Virus record (IMG/VR): IMGVR_UViG_3300045988_111187
Location: 1-64,000 of that record
DNA: 64,000 nt
Strand: one strand, 5' to 3'
Origin: a virus
The notes under the pieces were generated by a model. It did not search any database. It was given only the letters and a program-made list of their open reading frames with translations, and had not been told where the DNA came from. Position 1 is the stretch's first letter; the number at the start of each line of letters is the position of its first letter. Shown here piece by piece: positions 1-8,658 of the stretch. A program made the position numbers and the translations under genes.

Positions 1-85
1 ATGGTTTGTGTAATGGGAGAGAGGTAAAAAAATGGTTTGTGTAATGGGAGAGAGGTAAAAAAATGGTTTGTGTAATGGGAGAGAG
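1..85. repeat. 31-bp tandem direct repeat, about 2.7 copies (atggtttgtgtaatgggagagaggtaaaaaa)
   Basis: exact copies begin at 1, 32 and 63; the third diverges after about 22 nt. Confidence 0.9.
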
Positions 86-115
86 GGGGTACCTACCACG
101 AACCTCCCGCCCCCG

Positions 116-167
116 AAACGCGTTTTCTCCCCCACGCCCCCTTCGCTGGAAAACCGGAAACGCGTTT
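116..167. repeat. two copies of the 10-bp palindrome AAACGCGTTT (116-125, 158-167) in a C-rich spacer
   Basis: read directly: ccgaaacgcgttttctcc ... ccggaaacgcgttttta, 42 bp apart. Confidence 0.8.
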
Positions 168-190
168 TTACCTCAAGCCTACAAACTCTC

Positions 191-337
191 TGATTATCAA
201 CCATTTATTTAAATTATTGATAATCAATGTATTATTATAATATATTGATTATAAGCCACTTAAATAAACATATATCCCACATATTAATGTACGCGTATAA
301 TACCGTTCTTGTGTATTTTGTAACTTGCTGATAATCA
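191..337. promoter_or_regulatory. cluster of palindromic 9-mers TGATWATCA (191-199, 218-226, 329-337; a degenerate copy near 247; a fifth at 2176-2184)
   Basis: tgattatca and tgataatca are reverse complements; 191-199 and 218-226 form an inverted repeat with a 16-nt AT spacer. Confidence 0.5.
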
Positions 338-571
338 GATAATAGAATCGAAATTAATACAAGTTAACAAAAAAAAGATAGCATATATATATGTAATACT
401 GAAAAAGGTTGTATATTTGCACCGTATTCAAGCGAGAATATTGGTGTTACATAATGAAGCTATATATATACTCCCGTTGGGTGTATTGTATGGCGATACC
501 TTTTGCCTCTTTGCGTTGTAAAGTGGTAATATATTAGGGTGATATTGTTTAACAAATAAATACATAATGTT

Positions 572-1111
572 ATGATTACAAAAAAAAACGTTAACAAGCT
601 GCAAAATTCCGTTATTAAAGAAAATGCATCAAATTTGGTAGGTGCGGTAAAGTTGTATAATGCTTTATTTGCAAATGGTTCTGATCTTAAAGCAATTTGT
701 AAGAAGTTGGAAATACCAGCCGAATATGCTGTAAAGGTTGCAGCACTCGCAAAGGACAAAAAACGGCTGGTTGCCGTGTGTAGCCAAATGCTGCCTAAAG
801 TAGATAATACCTTTGTTAAGTTTTCCCTATATTCTAAAGTATATAAGGATAACAAGGTGGACAAGGAAAAAGGAATTGAGGCAAAAACGGCTGACTGGTG
901 CGCTGATAATGTGGTTTATGGCGGGGAATATAAATCTTTCGGTTTTTCAACCGCTGAGACATTGGAAGCTAAAAAAAGCGCAAAGTGGCTTGTTAAAGAA
1001 ACAGACGAGTATAAAGCTACTTATGTAGCCATTAAGATCAAATCTTATTCAATTCGTACCGTTGCAAAGTGTGTGAGTGAATATTTGGCGCACGAAAGCA
1101 ACCAGCAGTAA
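572..1111 (+). CDS. hypothetical protein (179 aa)
   Basis: long intact ORF, first gene after the non-coding repeat region. Confidence 0.55.
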   Translation: MITKKNVNKLQNSVIKENASNLVGAVKLYNALFANGSDLKAICKKLEIPAEYAVKVAALAKDKKRLVAVCSQMLPKVDNTFVKFSLYSKVYKDNKVDKEKGIEAKTADWCADNVVYGGEYKSFGFSTAETLEAKKSAKWLVKETDEYKATYVAIKIKSYSIRTVAKCVSEYLAHESNQQ

Positions 1112-1579
1112 AAAAAGGTTAGGCGCGTACCGTTAAACGCGTCTGTATGCCGTTGTCAGTGGGTGCACGTCCCGCGTATGCTTTAGACTAAAGCTGACAA
1201 AACAGAGAGTTATTTTACATATTGGGGATAAATATACCGTTATCGAAGCCGTTGGTATTTTAAAGAATCGGTATTACTGCATGTACTGCATTGAATAAAT
1301 GTAGTTATGTTAGGTATGTTGGTACAGTTTGGAAAACATACCGTTGTACGTGGTTTGTCTCCATATCGAAACGTGTCTTACTTGTCCACACGCAAAATAG
1401 GATAGGGCTACGGAGAATCGTAGGGCGCAAACATGTAGCCTACCATGTAGGAACATGGAGCGTCAAAACGCAAGGACACAATCGCCTTTATTTGTGGCTA
1501 AGTTGTGTAGCAGACGGAAAATATAATAACAACATAGTACGGGCCCACACTCAAGAACTACGTACTAATTGCGGGCTGT

Positions 1580-1643
1580 TGGTTGTAGCATAAAATTCGT
1601 ATAGGATAGGAATGCGCGTTCGGTTCGATTCCGGAACAACCAC
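1580..1643 (+). ncRNA. tRNA-like minihelix: 7-bp acceptor-like stem (tggttgt/acaacca) plus T-arm (ttcgg-TTCGATT-ccgga); no anticodon arm
   Basis: GGTTCGATTCC T-loop consensus; exact 7-nt complement 50 nt upstream; only 30 nt between the stems, so not a canonical tRNA. Confidence 0.3.
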
Positions 1644-1666
1644 TGAATCAAAAATAATATAACAAC

Positions 1667-1873
1667 ATGGAAAGGAAATTTAAAAATCACTTGGTAGATG
1701 TACGCGGATTGTCCAGGAAAGAAGCCGCAAAGAAACGGAATGCAGCGTATCGTGAATTTATGTTGTATCGTGATATTCACGAAGCATATCATTCCGAAAT
1801 AGGAAAAGATAAATGCAAGCGTAAAACACATACATCACGAACATACGTGAAAGAAAACATAAACAGTATTTAA
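1667..1873 (+). CDS. small basic hypothetical protein (68 aa)
   Basis: ORF followed directly by an intrinsic terminator. Confidence 0.45.
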   Translation: MERKFKNHLVDVRGLSRKEAAKKRNAAYREFMLYRDIHEAYHSEIGKDKCKRKTHTSRTYVKENINSI

Positions 1874-1879
1874 ATAGGA

Positions 1880-1917
1880 ATAGGGTTGTTCTGAATATCG
1901 GAACAGCCCTATTTTCG
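1880..1917 (+). terminator. rho-independent terminator (12-bp stem atagggttgttc/gaacagccctat, then TTTTC)
   Basis: hairpin plus T-run read directly after the stop at 1873. Confidence 0.6.
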
Positions 1918-1982
1918 TATCCTACTCTTTCTATTTACGGGTAGGATATTCTGAGAGTGAACGGCGGATGCGGACAATATTG

Positions 1983-2070
1983 GTCTAAAACGAAACAAAA
2001 ATAGTGACATTCGGATATAACGCCGGTATTTTGTCTATATATAATCGTTCAAATTTGTCTAAAACGAAAC
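1983..2070. repeat. two 14-nt direct repeats gtctaaaacgaaac (1983-1996, 2057-2070)
   Basis: exact 14-mers 74 nt apart in non-coding DNA. Confidence 0.6.
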
Positions 2071-2226
2071 TAAAGGCGGTTTTCGGACCTAAAATAGGGT
2101 GTCGGATGCCGCCTTTTTCGTCTCTATGGAATTGAAATTAGGCTTATTGTATTTTTCTTAAAAATGAGGTATGCTTGATTATCAATTAGTTATATTTTAT
2201 AATACCCGTATTTTAGGACATACTTA

Positions 2227-2412
2227 TTGTATTTTTTTTATTTTATGTGGTGGTTTTTATTAGTCGCTGATCTATATTTTCTATCGGTTGGTATCCGTTC
2301 TATGTTAGAGTACGGACCGGATCAGTATAATGTTGTAATGGTCTTTTGCTTTTTGTTATTGGCTATTGTTATAGGTTTGAATATCTATTTTGATAGGAGT
2401 AGGAGGCGGTAG
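2227..2412 (+). CDS. small hydrophobic (two-TM-like) hypothetical protein (61 aa)
   Basis: ORF rich in F/L/W/V; lies in an otherwise non-coding region. Confidence 0.25.
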   Translation: MYFFYFMWWFLLVADLYFLSVGIRSMLEYGPDQYNVVMVFCFLLLAIVIGLNIYFDRSRRR

Positions 2413-2599
2413 GGCGTGGGCTGAAGGTTCTCTATTCTCTCTATGGAATGATATCCCATCCAAACAATCCACACTCCATGCCATAGTATAAGCCTGTAGC
2501 GTTCTACTTAAGCCGGTAGTAGGTGCGAGAGCGTAGGTTCTATGCGGAAAGTGAGAAAGATGGACGGGAGTTGGAGAGGGGGAGAGGGAGGGCACTTCC

Positions 2600-2706
2600 T
2601 TCCCACAAAATTCATAGGTTTTCCCACAAAATTCAACAGATCAGAGTTTTAAAACAGTATTCTGTAGGTTTTCCCACAAAATTCAACAGATCAGAGTTTT
2701 AAAACA
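2600..2706. repeat. 50-bp tandem repeat (x2) with a third copy of the ttcccacaaaattca core; each unit holds the palindrome GTTTTAAAAC
   Basis: taggttttcccacaaaattcaacagatcagagttttaaaaca at 2615-2656 and 2665-2706; core also at 2600. Confidence 0.85.
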
Positions 2707-2826
2707 ACAATATTAAGATCAATATCGTTTTTAAACATCATTCTATAGGTTTCTTCCAACAGATTAATGGTTGAAGCCTGCATTGTGTGAGTATTTTTTT
2801 TAAGTGAAATGTTTAACAATTAAAAT

Positions 2827-3099
2827 ATGGACAATATGAACGTATATGATTTTGCACCTGATTTAGATTTAAGTAAAGAAGTAGCAGGTTCCATTTTTGG
2901 GGTAAGAGGAATGGAAGGCAGTGATGGTATAGTGTATGCTAAGGTAGTTAGCTGTATAGACGTCAAGGATTACAGTTGTGAGAGATGTATTTTTTATGAT
3001 TGTTATAAGGATACATGTTCGTTATGGGGTAGTGATAGTTGTATAGATGGGGATTGGTTTTGTAGGTACGAACAGGCTGCCATAGAGGGGGGGGAGTAG
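2827..3099 (+). CDS. hypothetical Cys-rich protein (90 aa)
   Basis: intact ORF after the repeat region. Confidence 0.5.
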   Translation: MDNMNVYDFAPDLDLSKEVAGSIFGVRGMEGSDGIVYAKVVSCIDVKDYSCERCIFYDCYKDTCSLWGSDSCIDGDWFCRYEQAAIEGGE

Positions 3100-3205
3100 G
3101 CGGCGTCTTGGGCTAAGGCCTGCGGTTGTAGGTGAAACGTAGGTCGGAGCAGAGCCGGGACAGTTTATTGTGGAACGTAAAAATAAAAAGGAGGAGATAG
3201 CGATA

Positions 3206-3286
3206 TGAAAAAGGCATTTAAGATATTTTCTATTATGTTCGTCATAGAAATAGTGCTGATAGCTATTTTAGACGCTATGGCGTGAG
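3206..3286 (+). CDS. small hydrophobic peptide (26 aa, MKKAFKIFSIMFVIEIVLIAILDAMA), below the ORF-track cutoff
   Basis: strong SD aaaaggagga 8 nt before the ATG; single predicted TM helix. Confidence 0.3.
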
Positions 3287-3381
3287 AATGATTTTCTTCA
3301 TTAATTTTCTTATGCTTTAGACAGAATGCTCCCGTCTGCGAAGATCGGAGCATTTGCTTTATGGGATTCATGGTGCAGCAG

Positions 3382-3407
3382 GTCGGTTCGATTCCGGCGA
3401 TCTCACA
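3382..3407 (+). other. T-arm-like hairpin gtcgg-TTCGATT-ccggc followed by gatctcaca, about 30 nt before the start codon at 3431
   Basis: tRNA T-loop consensus; homologous to the elements at 1619-1643 and 4631-4656. Confidence 0.4.
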
Positions 3408-3430
3408 CAATATTAAAATAAGGAAAGAAC

Positions 3431-3835
3431 ATGTTAAAAGAAGAATTTGAAAAACTGCTTAAAAGAGAAGTAAGCGAAAATCAGTATAAAAACATAGAAA
3501 CGACATACGAGGCTTTGCCGGAGTATATAGATAAGATGTATTTTGTGAGTGCTATTTCAAATGATATTGGGAAAGCTATTAATGTCTTATCGTTTTTAGG
3601 ATCGTATATAAGTGAATCAAGGGATTTGATAGTGGCCGAAAGGCGAAAGGTGGAATCATGTGCTTATGATCTAATAAACAAAGCACATAATGAGGATGAT
3701 TTACAGGCAAGAGAGATTGCTGTGAGATTAATAGGAGAGAGGGAAGCAGTGGCATACACAATAAAAGAAGGGCTGCCATTGTGGGAACAAGATAAAAAGT
3801 TTATAATAGAATTAATGAAGGAGGAAATAAAATGA
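3431..3835 (+). CDS. hypothetical protein (134 aa)
   Basis: intact ORF; 4-nt overlap with the next gene. Confidence 0.55.
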   Translation: MLKEEFEKLLKREVSENQYKNIETTYEALPEYIDKMYFVSAISNDIGKAINVLSFLGSYISESRDLIVAERRKVESCAYDLINKAHNEDDLQAREIAVRLIGEREAVAYTIKEGLPLWEQDKKFIIELMKEEIK

Positions 3836-4179
3836 AAGATGGCATTACATTGCATCCAGAACATGGATTGAATCCGTCTATAGAAGTCTGCATGATATGT
3901 GGTGCAGAGATGGGCATTGCCTTATTAGGGAATAATATTAAAGGTCAGGCGCCGCATCATATATGTACGGGCGGAGTATGTGACGATTGCAAAAAGATAA
4001 TAGATGATGGTGGTTGTTTTATTATCGAGGTTGAAGATGGTTCAGATCAAAAGAATCCGTATCGTACAGGAAGATATTGTGCGATAAAGAAAGGGGTGGC
4101 AAAGAAAATGTTTGGGAAGGAGCATAGTATTGTGTACATGGAAAAGTCTGCATTCAGTCAAATGATACCACAAAAATGA
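3832..4179 (+). CDS. hypothetical Cys-rich, zinc-ribbon-like protein (115 aa)
   Basis: SD gaaggagg; CxxC pairs; overlaps its neighbours. Confidence 0.55.
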   Translation: MKDGITLHPEHGLNPSIEVCMICGAEMGIALLGNNIKGQAPHHICTGGVCDDCKKIIDDGGCFIIEVEDGSDQKNPYRTGRYCAIKKGVAKKMFGKEHSIVYMEKSAFSQMIPQK

Positions 4180-4502
4180 AGAAGGATATGTTTACAAAAG
4201 AAGAAAGATTATTTATATGGAAACAAGTATATGATATAATCGATAGGTCAGAGAATGGGCAATACATATGCATTGCATTAAAAAATGTAGTATTTTATTT
4301 TTTCAAAACACATAAAGAAATAGAATTTATGAGTTTAGACGAAATGGTGAGAATATATTTCCCGGAATTGAGGGCAAGGAGAAGTATGGCTACAGAACCA
4401 GAGGGAATATGGAGGATATATGGATGGTTTGGTTGTATTAGTTCAGAAACGAAGGAGGTGAGACTGAATATTGTAAAAGATATTATAAAAGAATTAGAAT
4501 AG
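4176..4502 (+). CDS. hypothetical protein (108 aa)
   Basis: ORF coupled to the upstream gene. Confidence 0.5.
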   Translation: MKKDMFTKEERLFIWKQVYDIIDRSENGQYICIALKNVVFYFFKTHKEIEFMSLDEMVRIYFPELRARRSMATEPEGIWRIYGWFGCISSETKEVRLNIVKDIIKELE

Positions 4503-4630
4503 TATTTTTGTTAACCTATTTTATTCATCAAATTAAGTTTTGGGTTTTGGCATGTCGGTTCGTGAGGATAGGCATGCCTATTTTTATGTCATAGAGGGAT
4601 GACGCGGCGTGCCGGCATGTATGTGCCGGT

Positions 4631-4656
4631 CCTGGTTCGATTCTGGGCATCTCACA
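4631..4656 (+). other. T-arm-like hairpin cctgg-TTCGATT-ctggg followed by catctcaca, about 30 nt before the start codon at 4677
   Basis: third copy of the motif family. Confidence 0.4.
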
Positions 4657-4676
4657 AACAATAAAACAAAAGAGTT

Positions 4677-4886
4677 ATGAGAATATACAAGAATGATATT
4701 ATAAAGGCGTCAGCGATAAGCACCAGCGACGACAGGGGATTATTACTGTGTTCAATAACAGATTCGGGATTCACGTCTATAGCTGGTGTAATATCGGCTA
4801 TTAAAGACAAGTTGCCAAACAAAGATCATAAGAAGATGGTTTTTGAAATTTTGAATGATACGAAAAAAAGAGTACGGAAGATATAA
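4677..4886 (+). CDS. hypothetical protein (69 aa)
   Basis: ORF. Confidence 0.45.
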   Translation: MRIYKNDIIKASAISTSDDRGLLLCSITDSGFTSIAGVISAIKDKLPNKDHKKMVFEILNDTKKRVRKI

Positions 4887-4907
4887 TAATTGCGGAGGAA
4901 AAGTATT

Positions 4908-5030
4908 ATGAGAAAAAATATAAAGAGCTTTTTATTGCCTTCAATACGTATTCTAAGACGTATTCATAATAACAATCATCCTAAACCAGTAAAAAGGAAT
5001 GAAAAAAAACAGGATAGAGAGGGAGTTTGA
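4908..5030 (+). CDS. small basic peptide (40 aa), below the ORF-track cutoff
   Basis: GGAGG SD 8 nt upstream of the ATG. Confidence 0.3.
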   Translation: MRKNIKSFLLPSIRILRRIHNNNHPKPVKRNEKKQDREGV

Positions 5031-5209
5031 TATTAATGGAAAGAAAATAATGGCTTATTCAAGAAAGGATGCCATTAAAAGATTAAAACATAAGAAGTAG
5101 AAAACGGATTTTTATGTTAATGTTAGTTTTTTCATTTTTATTGAAAGGAGCGCCGGCCTGTGAAGGTATGCGCTCTTTGTATTTGTATAATGCATAAAAC
5201 AATAATAAT

Positions 5210-5464
5210 ATGACAGAGAATAGTATAGACGTAAATATCGTACCTGTAAAGAATGGTATGAAACGTGTTGTGGTATCATATTACCATTATTCACGCAAGG
5301 AGAAAGATCGCATGAGTTCTCAAACGGATTACGTGTGGGAAACAGGGAATGAAGAGATGTTTAAATACTTTGAGGCCAGGAGGACAAAAGTATTTTATAG
5401 TCAGATTCGTGCCATGTGTAGATTCTATGGCAAGAAAAATGTACGTAAATACAAAAAGCTATGA
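5210..5464 (+). CDS. hypothetical protein (84 aa)
   Basis: ORF; 4-nt overlap with the next gene. Confidence 0.5.
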   Translation: MTENSIDVNIVPVKNGMKRVVVSYYHYSRKEKDRMSSQTDYVWETGNEEMFKYFEARRTKVFYSQIRAMCRFYGKKNVRKYKKL

Positions 5465-6270
5465 TATTAAAAACGACAACCAACGAGTTTTGTTTCATCA
5501 GCGTAAGTTTCTATGAAACAATAGCGGATCCTCGTCATTTCTTTGAACAGGATTATGAAGAGATGCCAGAATACGAGGAAGAAGCAGATTTTGATTTTGA
5601 TTCTTATTGCAATAAGTTTATTCCTTTTATACAGGAATGGGCGAATGAGGTAAGTGAACGCCTTTATGAATATGGCGTGAATAACATAAAGGTAACATCG
5701 GTCGGACATCCGAGAGAATACAATTATTATACTGATTGGATGAATGTGGAGGTAGAATTTTGTGATGAATGGAGGCAAAAGATGTTATCTAACATTGGTA
5801 AGATTGTTAATGATGATAAATGCAAGAAGTATGCGGAGGCTAATTATCGGTCGGTATCAGGATACATCTTTTTAGGACCTGAAGATTTAAAGGAATTTGA
5901 AAAGAAAATAATAGAAAGAAAGTCAGATTCGGGATATGATGTAACAATATTATTAAATATGTATCTAACTTTGGCTTTTGTAAAAGAATTTGGATTTAAA
6001 GCCGGAGAAGCGTGGAGTGAAATAACAGAATATGCTTACGGATGTTTATCGTATTCCGATTTTGCAACAACAGAGATGCTTATACCGGAAGGTTCGGAGC
6101 ATTTATTCAAAGACATTTACACGGCAAAGGCCGACGAATTATATCATCATGTCCTGGATAAATTCGGATGGGCGTGGCGTGATCCGAAATATAAATCAGA
6201 AACAGAATTATGCTCGATGTTAAAATGGGCAAAAGAAAAAGGCTTGACCATTGAAGAGTTAAGTATTTAA
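5461..6270 (+). CDS. hypothetical protein (269 aa)
   Basis: long ORF. Confidence 0.6.
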   Translation: MILKTTTNEFCFISVSFYETIADPRHFFEQDYEEMPEYEEEADFDFDSYCNKFIPFIQEWANEVSERLYEYGVNNIKVTSVGHPREYNYYTDWMNVEVEFCDEWRQKMLSNIGKIVNDDKCKKYAEANYRSVSGYIFLGPEDLKEFEKKIIERKSDSGYDVTILLNMYLTLAFVKEFGFKAGEAWSEITEYAYGCLSYSDFATTEMLIPEGSEHLFKDIYTAKADELYHHVLDKFGWAWRDPKYKSETELCSMLKWAKEKGLTIEELSI

Positions 6271-6297
6271 TTGTTAAACATAAGGCAGTAGTGGTGC

Positions 6298-6582
6298 GTG
6301 AGTATAGGTGCTGCCGTTAAAATATTTTATAAGATGAAAAAAGAAGAGATTCAAACTATTTTATACACAATCAAAGAAGGAGACAGTATTAAAATCAAAG
6401 TACAAGACAAAAGTGAAGAGATAAGATTGCGGGATCATGTAAGAAGAACGCAGAAATACGGATACAGGTTTTGTTTGTCTCATTTGCATGATGGAATTTT
6501 CTATTTGGAGAAGTTGGAAGAGGGAGATAAAGATAAATACTATAGAGTAATAAACAGAGGAAATGGAAAGACCGGAGTATAA
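6298..6582 (+). CDS. hypothetical protein (94 aa, GTG start)
   Basis: ORF. Confidence 0.4.
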   Translation: MSIGAAVKIFYKMKKEEIQTILYTIKEGDSIKIKVQDKSEEIRLRDHVRRTQKYGYRFCLSHLHDGIFYLEKLEEGDKDKYYRVINRGNGKTGV

Positions 6583-6806
6583 TAAGCTACGCAAAATGGC
6601 TAAGACTACTCCAGGTCTGATATTGGACGAGGCGCAAAACATGATGCGTGTATCGCTGTATGATAATGGAGAACTTAAGAAGATCGTAGTAGTAATGAAA
6701 TGCGATTCTTTTTTACAGTCAAAAAGTAACATAGAAAAGATAATGTTATTATCATCTTCTATAGAAGATAGAAAAAACAAAGAAAAAAATAAAACAAAAT
6801 CAGAAA

Positions 6807-7190
6807 ATGAACAGAATAACAAAAATAAGAGAAGAAATAGGAGGAAAACAGGTTGATTTGACCTTTTATGGGCGTTTTTGCAGCCTTATTGAAGGTGATA
6901 GAAAGATAATACTAAAGGCAATAAAAAACGGTCGTAAGGAAGGTGTAATCGGAGCCATTCAGCCTGGAAGACATGATAGAATTTGGACCACATGGGCTAT
7001 TGCTTTTGAGGATCTGAAGGTAGGGGATACGGTAGAGTTTAGTACATCCGGGAAATACAATCCAGGTTTTCATTCTACAGAAAAGTATGTAGGATGTGTA
7101 GAATGGATAAAAGGATCGGAATGTGCGATAAAAACCGGCAAAGGGATGGCAGTAGTATTAATTAAACACGTGGAAAGGGTAGTAAGATGA
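6807..7190 (+). CDS. hypothetical protein (127 aa)
   Basis: ORF. Confidence 0.5.
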   Translation: MNRITKIREEIGGKQVDLTFYGRFCSLIEGDRKIILKAIKNGRKEGVIGAIQPGRHDRIWTTWAIAFEDLKVGDTVEFSTSGKYNPGFHSTEKYVGCVEWIKGSECAIKTGKGMAVVLIKHVERVVR

Positions 7191-7468
7191 AATTGAGAGA
7201 ATTTGTAGAACTCTTTGATAAGAATGATGTAAAGGATTTGTTTAAGTCATTATCTTTATGTATGGAATACGTAAGGATAGATTTACATGTATTTAATGTA
7301 GGTGCTTATGTTACGTGCCTGTACAGTAATGATCTTGAACAGCTTTCAACGATGAAAGGGTGCGCTATATACGCGATAGTAGAAGTACCATGTTTATTTG
7401 AGGCATTTATGGAATATGCTTCACCGGAATTGAAAGCATATTATGATAAACTAACGAAAGAAGTGTGA
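7187..7468 (+). CDS. hypothetical protein (93 aa)
   Basis: ORF; 4-nt overlap. Confidence 0.5.
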   Translation: MKLREFVELFDKNDVKDLFKSLSLCMEYVRIDLHVFNVGAYVTCLYSNDLEQLSTMKGCAIYAIVEVPCLFEAFMEYASPELKAYYDKLTKEV

Positions 7469-7469
7469 C

Positions 7470-7952
7470 ATGAAAGAGGAAGTAGAACGGATAAAGAAGT
7501 TGGTAGGCATAGATCATAATAGATGGGAGCAACCTTGTACATGTGATAAATGCAAGAACATGTGTAAGATTCCTTGTATTGGTACGCCAAAAGACATAGA
7601 GGCTATCATAGATGCCGGATACGCTGATAGGTTAAAAGAAACAATGTGGATGGTAGGGTATCTTGCAGTGAAGGAAAAACCAATAGCGATGATCCAGCCG
7701 ACAGAGAAAGACGGGTGGTGCGCATTCCGCCGGCCAGACGGTCTCTGCGAGCTGCATGACCGTGGACTAAAGCCGACCGAAGGAGTTCTGGCTTCCTGTA
7801 AGATGATTGAAGAAGACAATGTTCCAACATACGAAACGTCTGTACTTAGAGCAGTGGCTAATGAGTGGGTTAAGGTGGAGAACTTTGGAGATATAATGAG
7901 GGTCGTTTTTAAATTTTTGCATGAAAATGAACGTAGAAAACAAATTAGATAA
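7470..7952 (+). CDS. hypothetical Cys-rich protein (160 aa)
   Basis: ORF; GC-rich core explains the shadow ORFs on the minus strand. Confidence 0.55.
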   Translation: MKEEVERIKKLVGIDHNRWEQPCTCDKCKNMCKIPCIGTPKDIEAIIDAGYADRLKETMWMVGYLAVKEKPIAMIQPTEKDGWCAFRRPDGLCELHDRGLKPTEGVLASCKMIEEDNVPTYETSVLRAVANEWVKVENFGDIMRVVFKFLHENERRKQIR

Positions 7953-8331
7953 AGTAGTTAAGATCCTAAAAGAAAAAGGATTTGTGGTATATAGAAAGGG
8001 CGGAAAGGAGCCGGGTGTATTTTACGCCAAAGAAGGTGACAGCCGGATAGGATTCGTTTATCCCAACAACGGATATATATATGATAGAATAAAAATGTGG
8101 TCTTTTTCAAGGATATATAAACCACATAAGAAAACCGGGTCTTCGTGTTTAATGAGCGTCAGCGACGAATTTACGATAGAGAATGCGATTAAGAACATAG
8201 AGGATAGACTGTGGGTAAATTATGTAAAAGACGGTAACAGAAAACGACCAGAAGAATACAATAATATAAGAGAATTTGTTGGTAGCTTCACTAAATTCTA
8301 CAACTCTGTAGAATTAGTTGAGGTTAAGTAG
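7921..8331 (+). CDS. hypothetical protein (136 aa)
   Basis: ORF. Confidence 0.5.
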   Translation: MKMNVENKLDKVVKILKEKGFVVYRKGGKEPGVFYAKEGDSRIGFVYPNNGYIYDRIKMWSFSRIYKPHKKTGSSCLMSVSDEFTIENAIKNIEDRLWVNYVKDGNRKRPEEYNNIREFVGSFTKFYNSVELVEVK

Positions 8332-8406
8332 TTTTCCATGTAAGTTAGTTACCGGTACTGGTCTGTGAAGATAGGTGTCGTTTTTTTTTAAGAAAGGAGG
8401 ATAAAG

Positions 8407-8658
8407 ATGGAGAAAAGAGACAAGGAAATGCCTTACGAGGTAATCATACAGGAGAGAAACAAAGTGGATTTATACGGTAACGTAGTATATTATATCTATT
8501 GGTTTGATAAATATGGGAACGATATTACAAACGAATGGAAATTCTGGAGCAAGGGTCCGAAAAAGAAATATGATAGAGTTAATCGTTATCTAACGGATGA
8601 TTGGCTGAAGAAATACTGTAAGAATGACAATTTAAAGATAAGGAGAATAAAGGAATGA
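8407..8658 (+). CDS. hypothetical protein (83 aa)
   Basis: SD aaaggagg; ORF. Confidence 0.5.
   Translation: MEKRDKEMPYEVIIQERNKVDLYGNVVYYIYWFDKYGNDITNEWKFWSKGPKKKYDRVNRYLTDDWLKKYCKNDNLKIRRIKE

Noticed and set aside
813-1028. Nested + strand ORF inside 572-1111
   Set aside because: Alternative frame within a longer, better-supported ORF.
1291-1650. tmRNA (tag ORF ending LLVVA followed by T-arm and acceptor)
   Set aside because: The acceptor partner lies only 50 nt upstream, not about 350 nt, and there are no pseudoknot helices. The 1291-1593 ORF is probably a non-coding artefact.
1983-2070. Mini CRISPR array
   Set aside because: Only two 14-nt repeats, too short and too few. No cas genes in the window.
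1580-4656. Calling the three T-loop-containing elements as tRNA genes
   Set aside because: No 5-bp / 7-nt anticodon arm can be built in any of them. Two of them also lack a 5' acceptor strand. They are reported as tRNA-like motifs instead.
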